A stretch of DNA of 64,000 nt from Desulfurococcaceae archaeon (GCA_038888155.1 JAWAJB010000002.1:128001-192000), one strand, 5' to 3'. Numbered from the stretch's first letter, positions 20,262 to 29,892 are shown. Translations and numbers: made by a program. Notes: generated by a model not told the origin, from the sequence alone.

Positions 20262-21026
20262 ATATTCACCTCCAGATATTTATCTTCGTCGGGCCCTAAA
20301 CATGTTTCCACTTGGCTGTTCCTAAAAATTTACTGTCGGTCGTTTAATTGAATGAGATTAAATTAAAGAGAGATTTCAGAAAAGCTTGTAATGGTTTTCA
20401 ACGGGGCTCTCAATGAGTAGGATAATCTCTACAAGGAGATCATCTTTATGCTTAGAACTTCCCAGAGAACACAGTCCTGATGCATATTCCATCGGCCAAT
20501 CATTTGTGGTTTCGAGCCGTGCATGGTGTTGATAGGAAGGACTTCTAGAAGTAAAGCCAATGTAGATAAAGTAATAACGAAACAATATTATCTTTTTTCA
20601 CATAAATTCAAGATCACAGAAGAAAATTGAACCAAACACGCTCACATTATTTGAACAATTGACGATAATGTAAATTTAATTCGAGTTTGGCTTTAAGCGC
20701 GATGGGGATTAAGAATTTTCCGATATGTGAAAAGAGACCAATAAAGCGCCACCCCTCCGTCACATTAAAACTACGTGGGCTAGCAATGGACATGCAATCA
20801 TCTGGAGAAAAGCCACACAAATTCAAGAGGGACCGGCCGTTCTATATGCTGTTAAAGGTTAACACATTCTAACGGCACAATGAGTGTTTAATTTAGCTTG
20901 AATCCAGGAAGCTCGTATTATTAAGATTCATTCAAGTAATTAGCTAGATATTAAAATGCTAAAGGGCATTAAGAAGCATTATATTCAAAGGACATCTTAG
21001 TACGAGCGGTGAAAATATCATATCGG

Positions 21027-21218
21027 TTACACTTTATATAAAGTTAGGCGTCGTGCAACACGGGGGATCTCTTTAACGATCATTGCTACAGCTCTATCTA
21101 ATTCATCTCGCGTTTCGGCAAGCATGACATCAGCTACTTAAAAATTAGGCACAACCTGATAAGTACCGGGGTTACTACCAGGGTTTATCGTATTGAATAA
21201 AAACGATATTGATGACAA
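21027..21218 (-). pseudogene. Possible degraded Lrp/AsnC ligand-binding-domain gene
   Basis: One frame reads LSSISFLFNTINPGS...NF*VADVMLAETRDELDRAVAMIVKEIPRVARRLTLYKV with an internal TAA; similarity judged by eye only. Confidence 0.3.
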
Positions 21219-21402
21219 ATCTTCGACTGTGTTCCATAGTTAGTGTTTGGGCAGATAAATAATCAGGGCATTTACCTATGAATGAGGTTGCAGCCGTTGG
21301 ACTGGGTTAACCTTGTCTGTGGAAAATATACATCCGGCCTTACGATCTTTAATAAAGCCGATCGCATGCAACTTAGATAAATTGTCGAGTAAAATTTTAA
21401 AA

Positions 21403-21720
21403 CTATTGCTGTTTAGAACAGAGTTTTCTGACCTCATTTATAGCATTTTCAAGCACCTCTTCTATGTCATTTGATGTTAAACCGCACAACTCTAAGCCAA
21501 TTTCTTGAATAAACACCATGACGTATTTTACCAATTCATCTATCGGCACTTTCGATCTTGCCAATGTCTTTAAGGCTTCTTCGAACTCCTCGATCGGTTC
21601 AACGAAAAAATCTCCAGTCAAAATGACCCCGTCCACATAGCAATTCTTTAACTTGAGACAAATTTTTATTAATTTACCTCCAGCGCGTTTTTTCTCTTTA
21701 CATATAACATCAACTCTCAT
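21403..21720 (-). CDS. Lipoate-protein ligase accessory (C-terminal domain) subunit
   Basis: GGKLIKI, LTGDFF motifs; directly downstream of the ligase catalytic subunit. Confidence 0.8.
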   Translation of the reverse strand: MRVDVICKEKKRAGGKLIKICLKLKNCYVDGVILTGDFFVEPIEEFEEALKTLARSKVPIDELVKYVMVFIQEIGLELCGLTSNDIEEVLENAINEVRKLCSKQQ

Positions 21721-21724
21721 ACTT

Positions 21725-22582
21725 TTACACCACCAATGTTTCAAGCACTTTTTCTTGCTCTGAGCTAGGTTTTCCTATTTCGTATAAAGCTCGGTACTCC
21801 TCATCGGTTATTAATGTTCTTAATTCCTCTGTATATGCCAGATTCCAATCAATCCTAGAATACCTAGTTTTATAGAGCTCTACGGCCAGAGCCGCTTCCC
21901 TCTGTCTGTAACTGCCCCACTCAATTTGTACACCGAGCTTTTTTGAGAGCGATTCTCCGATAACATTTAAAATCTCGGTTATATTTACGGCCCTACCTAA
22001 AGCCTCCTCCAAGTTTACTACTCTTTTTACGCGGCTACTCGTGAACTTTTTATCCGAAAGTTTTTCCTTAGATATTTTGAGAACTCTCCACATAATGTCT
22101 GTGTTACTAGAGACAAGCATTGATCCATGGACAAATAAACCGAGCGGACTCCTCGTTGCAGCCAAACCGGAGATCTTTAATCCCTCTACCTCTATGTCAT
22201 TGAGTGGCCTATAATAAGCGTCTTTCACTCCGAGTGCCTTAAGCGAGTCTGCGACAGCCTCACCGACTAATTTAAAACCCTCCTCAAGGCTTAACTTGAA
22301 GCCTGGTAGGCTAATAGCATAGTTAACATTACCTAGGTCCTGATATACAGCGCCACCACCCGTAAACCTTCGCACAAGTTTTATGCCGTGATTAAAGGCT
22401 TCAATAGCATTAATTTCTAGTATGGGCGATTGCAATCTGCCTATAACAATAGCTCTATCATTTCTCCAAAACCTTATAGTTGGCTCATTAGCTGACCTAA
22501 ACAGGGCCTCCTCAAAAGCGATATTAAAGAATTGGTTACTAGGCCACTCGCAAATAATAGCCCTTACAGCTTTATTTGTCAT
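21725..22582 (-). CDS. lplA: Lipoate-protein ligase A catalytic subunit
   Basis: RRFTGGGAVYQD, NDIEVEGLKISG, HGSML; ATG 6 nt after GGTG. Confidence 0.88.
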   Translation of the reverse strand: MTNKAVRAIICEWPSNQFFNIAFEEALFRSANEPTIRFWRNDRAIVIGRLQSPILEINAIEAFNHGIKLVRRFTGGGAVYQDLGNVNYAISLPGFKLSLEEGFKLVGEAVADSLKALGVKDAYYRPLNDIEVEGLKISGLAATRSPLGLFVHGSMLVSSNTDIMWRVLKISKEKLSDKKFTSSRVKRVVNLEEALGRAVNITEILNVIGESLSKKLGVQIEWGSYRQREAALAVELYKTRYSRIDWNLAYTEELRTLITDEEYRALYEIGKPSSEQEKVLETLVV

Positions 22583-22827
22583 AGAATGCACCACACAAAA
22601 ATCCATTGTACATTTTTCTGTTTTTAGCTTATATTATTGGAATTTTACAATTTTTCGTGATTTCATTGGGGCGCTTACTAAGTAACTTTAGTAATTTATC
22701 TAGATCCTTTTGATGTAAGATCACATTATTTACAAGGCCTTTAAAGGCAAAGCTACCTTATTAGATCCATTTAACTATACTGCCAATGCTCTAAAGCGCG
22801 ACTTCATGCTGTAAACTATAGCGCTAA

Positions 22828-23580
22828 CTATTTAATTATTAGCGTAATTTCCCTTTGATCGCTAGGAACACCCCTTAGCGATTGTAGCATTCCCTTAATA
22901 GTTGAACTAATTATGTTTTTAACAAAAGCGTTCAGGGGCACCTCTATGCCGTTAACTATCAACTTCACACCTGAAACAGCTGGGCACCAATCTGCCTCGC
23001 CACGCAGGAAAGCTAGCAGAAGTTCATAGCAACTAAAACGGCTACACATTTGGCAGTTAGTCCTCGGAAGCTGATCAAAAAAGAAATCAAGTGCTCTTTT
23101 CTCTATTAATTGCGTCAGTTCACTCTCGTCACCAAATTTAAAAAATCTCAATTCGCTAGGTATGTATGATAGATCTGCTTGAGATACTACGGCAATAGCG
23201 CTACTTACATGGCTGTGTAGCTCTTCTAGCTCAACTTGATTACGCACTATGAGAACAGCGTCGCCCAGTATTTCGCCTTTGTAGCCCTCGACTATTACTA
23301 TCGGTGTTTTGAGAAATTGAACAGAGCTCTTAAGCGCATCTAGGTGATCTGCCTTGTATATTATTGCTAAATTAGGTGACGATACAACGACAACGTCGGC
23401 ACCTCCTTCGAGATACTCACTGCTGTCTTTTTCCTCTAGAACTATGCCGTGGCTACAGTGTTTAATGACCCCAACTAAGTAGCCCCTTCGCTTTAAGAGC
23501 TCGAGAACTCTCCTTGCTACTCGCGTTTTTCCTGCCCCCGATCCCATTGACACAAACCTCACAACATACGGAAAGGGCAT
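22828..23580 (-). CDS. mobB: Molybdopterin-guanine dinucleotide biosynthesis protein B with C-terminal Fe-S domain
   Basis: SGAGKT, IKH, IVEGYK; CQMC-x4-C...CP. Confidence 0.85.
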   Translation of the reverse strand: MPFPYVVRFVSMGSGAGKTRVARRVLELLKRRGYLVGVIKHCSHGIVLEEKDSSEYLEGGADVVVVSSPNLAIIYKADHLDALKSSVQFLKTPIVIVEGYKGEILGDAVLIVRNQVELEELHSHVSSAIAVVSQADLSYIPSELRFFKFGDESELTQLIEKRALDFFFDQLPRTNCQMCSRFSCYELLLAFLRGEADWCPAVSGVKLIVNGIEVPLNAFVKNIISSTIKGMLQSLRGVPSDQREITLIIK

Positions 23581-23665
23581 CCTATTGCCACCATGTTATT
23601 TAAACGTAATTATTGTCAAATTATTTAAGATACGGACTCTAGAACAAGGTCCCTAGGGAAAATAT

Positions 23666-23691
23666 ATAAGTTACTTAACTAAGTAACTTAT
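23666..23691. promoter_or_regulatory. Perfect inverted repeat (operator candidate) overlapping the TATA region of the ABC-2 exporter operon
   Basis: ATAAGTTACTTA-AC-TAAGTAACTTAT; TATA-like AATATATA at 23661-23668. Confidence 0.7.
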
Positions 23692-23715
23692 TAATTAACG
23701 ATTAAGGCGGTTCAA

Positions 23716-24696
23716 ATGGATGAGATCGTAGTCGTTGACAACTTGGTCAAGAAGTTTAAGGACGTGATCGCGGTAAATAAAGTATCCTTCAAGATCCGCA
23801 GAGGGGAAGTGTTCTCTCTCTTAGGTCCAAATGGAGCAGGAAAAACAACGACCATATACATCATATCAACCTTGCTTAAACCAACATCGGGTCACGTAAT
23901 GGTTAACGGTTTTAACGTGGCTAAGGAACCCGATAAGGTTAGAAAGGAAATAGGACTCGTATTTCAAGATCCTAGCCTTGACCTGAATCTTACAGTATAT
24001 GATAACATGTATATCCACGGTAGACTGTATGGGCTTAGAGGTTATGAACTAGATAGAAAAATTACCGAGCTTTTAGAATTCGTGGACCTCAAGGATTACA
24101 TGCACAAACAAGTTAGGTATCTGAGCGGAGGGATGAAGAGGAGACTTGAAGTAGCGCGCGGACTATTGCACGAACCAGAACTACTGATCCTCGATGAGCC
24201 CACAATAGGACTAGATCCACACTCGCGAGCGAAAATATGGGACTATATAAGATACTTGAGGAAAAAACGCGATTTGACATTATTGCTAACCACGCATTAC
24301 ATGGATGAAGCCGAAGAACTATCAACGAGAGTTGCAATTATGGACTATGGAAGGATTATAGCTCATGGCAACGTGGACGAGCTAAGAAGCCTAGTAGGCG
24401 AAGACGTTATTTTGGTAACTGGTAGAAGCAACTTAAGTAAACTTTGCGACAACCTTTTAGACGTAAAGTCTTGCAATTTGATCGGACCAAATCGAGTGGA
24501 GATTTTAGTGTCAGATGCCCCCAAATTATTACCAGAGATCATACGAAAAGCTGATGAGCATCGATTAGAGATATTGGAGATTAGTTATAGAAGACCTTCT
24601 CTGAATGAGGTTTTCTTGCATTTAACTGGTAGAGAACTAAGGGATGTTCTTGATAGTCAGCCCAACTTGCTAATGGGACATCGAATTTTCAGGTGA
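23716..24696 (+). CDS. DrrA-like ABC-2 exporter ATP-binding protein
   Basis: GPNGAGKTT, LSGGMKRR, LDEPT, TTHYMDEA, PSLNEVFL. Confidence 0.92.
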   Translation: MDEIVVVDNLVKKFKDVIAVNKVSFKIRRGEVFSLLGPNGAGKTTTIYIISTLLKPTSGHVMVNGFNVAKEPDKVRKEIGLVFQDPSLDLNLTVYDNMYIHGRLYGLRGYELDRKITELLEFVDLKDYMHKQVRYLSGGMKRRLEVARGLLHEPELLILDEPTIGLDPHSRAKIWDYIRYLRKKRDLTLLLTTHYMDEAEELSTRVAIMDYGRIIAHGNVDELRSLVGEDVILVTGRSNLSKLCDNLLDVKSCNLIGPNRVEILVSDAPKLLPEIIRKADEHRLEILEISYRRPSLNEVFLHLTGRELRDVLDSQPNLLMGHRIFR

Positions 24697-24702
24697 TCCA
24701 GA

Positions 24703-25554
24703 GTGCAGGATGCCCTTGTTTCAATGGTTTACAGACAGTTGAAGAGGTGGATTAATTCTCGATCAAGGCTTTTATCAGTTATATTTCAACCTCTCCTTTG
24801 GCTAATTTTCCTTGGAGTGGGCTTTGGAAAAATATTTGACCCATCGAACCTTGACTCATCCAACCTAGGAGTAAATGCTACAGCTATACCGGCAGTAAAA
24901 GAAATTGTGTCTAATTACTTTAGTGCAATCTTCGGGGGTCTTGATTATGTAACTTTTCTGATAAGTGGGATGATCGCTATGACAGCTTTCATGGGGAGCT
25001 TCATATCTGGAATTAGCGTTATATGGGATAAACAATTCGGTTTCCTTAAAGAGACGCTAGTAGCACCAGCTCCTCGTAGCGCCATTATTATTGGAAGAAT
25101 AGTTGGAGACTCATTAATCACTACAATACAATCGTTAATAATCGTTTTACTCGCTTTTGTGTTCACGGGAAATATAAATATTTTAGGCATACCACTAGCA
25201 ATGATGTACATTTTCATGATGTCGATTGGCCTTACAAGCATAGGCACGGTTATATCTCTGAAGTTTCAGAGCGTCGAAGGATTTCAAATATTAGTTAACA
25301 TTATCATAATGCCATTTATGTTTGCGAGCGGTGTATTTTACCCAGTAAACTTTATGCCAGAGTGGATGAAACTGTTCTCCACAATTAACCCGCTCACATA
25401 TGCCGTCCACGGCACAAGGTACTGGCTAACTAAAGCAAATGTGGGACTGGATTACCTAAATCCAATGATAGATGCAACAGTTCTCCTAGTGACTGCTGTT
25501 GTATCCATGTGGGTAGCTAAAATTACGTTCGAGAGGACTACAATAGAGGATTAA
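24703..25554 (+). CDS. ABC-2 type permease
   Basis: WDKQFGFLKETLVAP, SGVFYP, NPLTYAV. Confidence 0.9.
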   Translation: MQDALVSMVYRQLKRWINSRSRLLSVIFQPLLWLIFLGVGFGKIFDPSNLDSSNLGVNATAIPAVKEIVSNYFSAIFGGLDYVTFLISGMIAMTAFMGSFISGISVIWDKQFGFLKETLVAPAPRSAIIIGRIVGDSLITTIQSLIIVLLAFVFTGNINILGIPLAMMYIFMMSIGLTSIGTVISLKFQSVEGFQILVNIIIMPFMFASGVFYPVNFMPEWMKLFSTINPLTYAVHGTRYWLTKANVGLDYLNPMIDATVLLVTAVVSMWVAKITFERTTIED

Positions 25555-25600
25555 TAGCTTATGTTTGGCGTTGGTTATCAAATTATATATACTTTATCGA

Positions 25601-26299
25601 TTACAACGTTGTAACTAATATGGTAGCAACCGAGCCTACAATGAGCAAAAACGTATATACAGAGTTTTTATTTAATTTTAATGGAGTTTTTACGCCTGTC
25701 TTGAGCCTCCAGTAACAGTACTCATCAATGAAACGACCTATTTCAATCATGCTAGCGACAGCGGGAGGAATCCTCTTAGTTACCTGCTCCCCCTTAAGGC
25801 TTCCTACACTAAGCGAATCCATGAAGTTTTTCAAGCCATATGGTACCAATCTCCAAAGTAAAAGAGGAAAAACGCAAGAACGCTTAGACCTTAGAAAGTA
25901 CAGCAAGTTATGAATTTCTATAGGCGAAATAGTTGCAAATATAAATATTAAGGAAAGCGAGAACCCAATTGCACGACCGGCAATTTCAAGTATCTGCAGC
26001 GTTTCCATGTAATAGAGTCCTGTAAATGAGAGGATATATGCTGAAATCGATAGATACAATCCAGCCAAAGAGGAAAGTATAGTTGACGCCAAAATCCACT
26101 CAGGGTGGGGGCTGAGAAGCCCGAGCGGTATAATTATAAACGACATTAAATAGGCCCGCTCCGGAATAGTCATCATCAACAGCAAAACAACTGAGACGAA
26201 TATTATCTTAGATAAGTAGTGAGCTTTTCTATAACCTTCGTCTCCAAACAGGAAAAAGGATTTATATACAATTGAAACAAGCCATCCTATGAAGCCCAT
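25601..26299 (-). CDS. ECF transporter T component (putative)
   Basis: Hydrophobic protein downstream of ECF S and ATPase genes; TISPIEI motif. Confidence 0.65.
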   Translation of the reverse strand: MGFIGWLVSIVYKSFFLFGDEGYRKAHYLSKIIFVSVVLLLMMTIPERAYLMSFIIIPLGLLSPHPEWILASTILSSLAGLYLSISAYILSFTGLYYMETLQILEIAGRAIGFSLSLIFIFATISPIEIHNLLYFLRSKRSCVFPLLLWRLVPYGLKNFMDSLSVGSLKGEQVTKRIPPAVASMIEIGRFIDEYCYWRLKTGVKTPLKLNKNSVYTFLLIVGSVATILVTTL

Positions 26300-26311
26300 G
26301 CTAAACCACCT

Positions 26312-27631
26312 CTATGTGGACAATTTAATCAAATAATCTACATAGCTCATGATCCTATCATCGTGAGAGGCAACCACAACTGTTTTTTTCTCCGAAACGA
26401 GGTCAAATAGAGCGTGTAAGACCTCCTTACAATTATCATAGTCTAGACCTCCTGTCGGTTCATCTATGAAATACCCCTCAAACCCCGCAAGATAAGCTGA
26501 AGCTATTGCGAGCCTTCTTCTCTCGCCGCTACTAAGCTTCGCCAAAGGTTTATCTAAAACTTTATTTAGATTAAACCTATCAGTTATATCGCGAACAGAG
26601 TTTTCGTTCCCCCTAGCTGAAGCAAGTAGTTCCTCTCTTGGAGTTGGCATGGTGAAGTAAAGTAGTGGATTTTCAGGTATGTATATAGAGCTCCCCCTTC
26701 TCGTTATTCGTCCTCTGGAAGGCTTTAAGGCGCCAGCTGCAAGTTTTAAAATAGTTGATTTACCAGACCCATTAGGTCCCGTAATGCATGTGAAGGTGCC
26801 CTTATTGAAGGATCCGCTAAAATTTTTGAGTACGAAACTACCGCCGGGATACTTAAACCAGACATTTTCAAATTGAACGAATAAATCGCCGCTAACGCGA
26901 GAGGCTCTCTTTTCCGAAACACCCAAATTTTTTATAACTTCCTGAGTCCACTTACCATAGTAGACCAGCCTCCCGTCTTCTAGGTAAATTAAAGTTGGTT
27001 GAAGAGGCTCCCAGAAACTTGGGTTATGATCTACTGCGAGAATGCTAACTCCGAGATTCAGCGCTTTTTTAGCGAACAATATTACTTCATTTCTTGCCTC
27101 ACGATCTAAATATACCGTTGGCTCATCGAGGATCATTAGTTTTGTGTTAACTAATACAGACTCGGACCACAAAACTCTTTGGATCTCGCCCGCACTTAAA
27201 GTATAAGTCAACCTTCCCAGGAGTCTCTCTACGTCGAACGGAATTATGTTCATATTTGTGCAATTTACACCAGCCAGAGAGAGAAACTGGCATATTTCTG
27301 CATACACGGTGTGTCCTATGAATGCGTACCAGGGTTCTTGGGGAATATATGCCATTGTGCGAAAGACCTCTTCGGCATTCATGCTTTCTATATCCCTACC
27401 ACCCAGGAGGATTTTCCCGTCTATGAATCCGCCCGCAGCTTTAAGCGTCCCAGTTATGGCCCTAACTAATGTTGTCTTTCCGCTACCTGATCTACCAGAT
27501 ATCACTAATATTTCACCTTCGTCTATCTTGAAGCTTATATCACGTAGTTGAAAGCCGTCCTTGTAGCCACAGCAATTTATTTTGGATTCTAGTAGGCTCA
27601 AAGAATCAACACCATTAATATTAGTTGACAT
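26312..27631 (-). CDS. ECF transporter ATPase with two fused ABC domains
   Basis: GRSGSGKT/LSAGE/LDEP and GPNGSGKS/LSSGE/IDEP. Confidence 0.88.
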   Translation of the reverse strand: MSTNINGVDSLSLLESKINCCGYKDGFQLRDISFKIDEGEILVISGRSGSGKTTLVRAITGTLKAAGGFIDGKILLGGRDIESMNAEEVFRTMAYIPQEPWYAFIGHTVYAEICQFLSLAGVNCTNMNIIPFDVERLLGRLTYTLSAGEIQRVLWSESVLVNTKLMILDEPTVYLDREARNEVILFAKKALNLGVSILAVDHNPSFWEPLQPTLIYLEDGRLVYYGKWTQEVIKNLGVSEKRASRVSGDLFVQFENVWFKYPGGSFVLKNFSGSFNKGTFTCITGPNGSGKSTILKLAAGALKPSRGRITRRGSSIYIPENPLLYFTMPTPREELLASARGNENSVRDITDRFNLNKVLDKPLAKLSSGERRRLAIASAYLAGFEGYFIDEPTGGLDYDNCKEVLHALFDLVSEKKTVVVASHDDRIMSYVDYLIKLST

Positions 27632-27671
27632 GATTGGTGGATATTAAAAATACATGAAAGCGCGCTGGCTA

Positions 27672-28418
27672 CTACTTAAAGTAGCCGGCCTTTCTTAGCC
27701 AAGCAGCTAACGGCAGAGATATTGAAATCCCCGCTACTAGCTGTCCAATGTTTACGGGAACCTCGATTAGAGCTCCAATAGGATCTCTTCCCGTTAGCGG
27801 GTTGCTTACAAAGTATTCATACATGAAGTAGCCTAACACCATTATTATTCCCGCTGTAAATAATGAAATGACTTCGCCCGCTGTTATGTTTTTCTTTGTA
27901 AGCATTAACATGATAAGAGCACCTAGAAATATACCAACAGTAACCCAAATAGCTATAGAGATCTCTAAATATGGCTGATCAAAAGTGAAAGTTAACCACT
28001 GAGGCGGACCGATGTATATGCCGCCTGACCATAAAACTGTAGACACTGTTAAAAAGGCAGCAGTTGATGCTCCACCTGCAATAAGGGCCTGCCAAAAACC
28101 GTGAAGCCCCCTTAACTTCTTCACCAACAGCCCAGCAATATAGCCCTCAATGAATTTTATAATTAGTGTGCCAGGCGCAAATACTGCATAACCTGTTGAT
28201 AGGTCTGCAAGCGCGGCTCCTATGCCTCCGGCTATGCCTGCGACTAATGGTGAAGATACTAGGGCTGCAAGGTATATTATTGCCTCCCCAACGTTGAAAT
28301 ATCCACCCGTAACTGGTTGGTATATCTGTAGAACGATTGTGGCAACATAAACAAGTACTGTAAAAACTACTAATTCAATGGTGTTCGTTCTTACGAGCGG
28401 CATGGGGAGTCTCCACAC
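27672..28418 (-). CDS. ECF transporter S component (HmpT/PdxU2-like)
   Basis: GGYFNVGEAIIYLAA, GGIGAALADL..GY..FAPGTLIIKFIEG, PVNIGQ. Confidence 0.82.
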   Translation of the reverse strand: MWRLPMPLVRTNTIELVVFTVLVYVATIVLQIYQPVTGGYFNVGEAIIYLAALVSSPLVAGIAGGIGAALADLSTGYAVFAPGTLIIKFIEGYIAGLLVKKLRGLHGFWQALIAGGASTAAFLTVSTVLWSGGIYIGPPQWLTFTFDQPYLEISIAIWVTVGIFLGALIMLMLTKKNITAGEVISLFTAGIIMVLGYFMYEYFVSNPLTGRDPIGALIEVPVNIGQLVAGISISLPLAAWLRKAGYFK

Positions 28419-28437
28419 CTTTATTTTGTATTTATAC

Positions 28438-28459
28438 TCTTAAAGTTTATCCTTTAAGA
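28438..28459. promoter_or_regulatory. Perfect inverted repeat in the ECF operon promoter region
   Basis: TCTTAAAG-TTTATC-CTTTAAGA; one arm coincides with the minus-strand TATA-like TTTAAG. Confidence 0.55.
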
Positions 28460-28481
28460 AAATCTTTCAATATAATGTAAC

Positions 28482-29792
28482 TTATGGAAGATAATACCTT
28501 TTTACGTCCCCTTCTTGAACAGCCCTAATATAGCCCCTATCCGTTAGCTCTTTTAGGTGTTGATATACAGCCTGTGGCGTTATATTCAAGTCCAGATTTC
28601 TCCAAATCTCATAACCAGTTAATCCCTTGTGCGTTTCAAGGACCCCAAGTATAAGCCTCTTTGTAGCACCAATAAATGGCTGTGTAAATCTCCTGCGCAA
28701 GGGTCTAGTGTAACCAGAAGCAGATTTTAGGCCGTGGCTAAAAAGCACTATAACAGAGTCTTCGAGCTCCGTTTTTAAATAGCCTGCAACGACAACAGCA
28801 GATGAAATCTCAGTGAATAACCCTTCCTGTAGTGCAAGAATCTTGGCTGCTCGTATCGTCTCTCGTGATGATACAACAACTAGATCTCCGTGTTTTCTGA
28901 GTATATCGATGACAGAGTTGAATATTGGTGGAGCGTAATACCTGAGCCCTGGATAAGGTTCCTCCATACACTTCTTTGAAATTCCTAAAAAGGAAGCATA
29001 CTTGGGGTTTCCACAATGCTCCACGCCAATAATTTCAGGCACTTTGTTTATGAATCCTCCCTCTAATAGCTCTTTGAATCCGTAGTGAAGAGCTAGAAAC
29101 GTTAAGCCGCTTCCGATTGGAACATATATTCTCCGAGGTACGGAACCGAGTTGCATGTAAAGTTCATACGAAAGTGTTTTCAACCCTTCCATGGACAGAG
29201 CGTTGTGTGTACTCGAGGCGTTATACGCTTTTACTCTACTAGAATATCCGTCAACTTCTTTTAAGAGAGCATCAATGCCTTTATCCTCTATTACAAGCTT
29301 AGCGCCGTAAGTTTTTATTAGAAAGATCTTCTCCTTTTCAATCCACGATGGGGCATATATGCTTGCCTTTAGACCAGCCCTAGTAGCGTATGCAGCTACG
29401 CTAACACCCATATTTCCGTCACTAACTGCGATAACTCTCTTATAGCCTTCTGAGCTCGCGTGACTAACAACTAAGCTAGCAGCTCTATCCCTAATACTAC
29501 CAGTCGGGTTACATCCCTCATTCTTAAAATATACGTTTTTTCCTTTTGCTATCCTCATCGACCTTAACAGAGGAGTATTTCCTTCTCCAAGCGAGATCTT
29601 TACTTTCAAGGGTGGAAGCATGTTGCTGTATCTCCAAATTCCGGGCAACGAGGAGGATTCTTTGAATGTTTTAATATAATTAGCTTTTACAAGTCCCCCG
29701 CAATAAGGACAGATTAGTTTTGGGGCGTTCAACAATTCGTTGCAATTACTACATTTAAATAATGGCATTGAAGCATTCATAGTACCTTGCAT
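28482..29792 (-). CDS. Threonine-synthase-like protein lacking the PLP lysine, fused to a C-terminal winged helix-turn-helix
   Basis: NPTGSIRDR instead of NPTGSFKDR; C-terminal GLTGYEIW...TPQAVYQHLKELTDRGYI. Confidence 0.8.
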   Translation of the reverse strand: MQGTMNASMPLFKCSNCNELLNAPKLICPYCGGLVKANYIKTFKESSSLPGIWRYSNMLPPLKVKISLGEGNTPLLRSMRIAKGKNVYFKNEGCNPTGSIRDRAASLVVSHASSEGYKRVIAVSDGNMGVSVAAYATRAGLKASIYAPSWIEKEKIFLIKTYGAKLVIEDKGIDALLKEVDGYSSRVKAYNASSTHNALSMEGLKTLSYELYMQLGSVPRRIYVPIGSGLTFLALHYGFKELLEGGFINKVPEIIGVEHCGNPKYASFLGISKKCMEEPYPGLRYYAPPIFNSVIDILRKHGDLVVVSSRETIRAAKILALQEGLFTEISSAVVVAGYLKTELEDSVIVLFSHGLKSASGYTRPLRRRFTQPFIGATKRLILGVLETHKGLTGYEIWRNLDLNITPQAVYQHLKELTDRGYIRAVQEGDVKRYYLP

Positions 29793-29892
29793 AAAGGTTT
29801 CCTTAAAAATCTCTAAGAATTACCAAGTATAAAATATTCCCCTACGAGCCTTATATGTAATTTAAACAGTTTTTGTTGTATTAATGCAAAAA

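Noticed and set aside
20303-20316. TTCCACTTGG as an origin recognition box
   Set aside because: Lacks the GAAA and G-string, is single copy, and there is no cdc6 in the window
20376-20872. Short ORFs 20376-20585 and 20687-20872
   Set aside because: No motifs or SD; treated as eroded intergenic DNA
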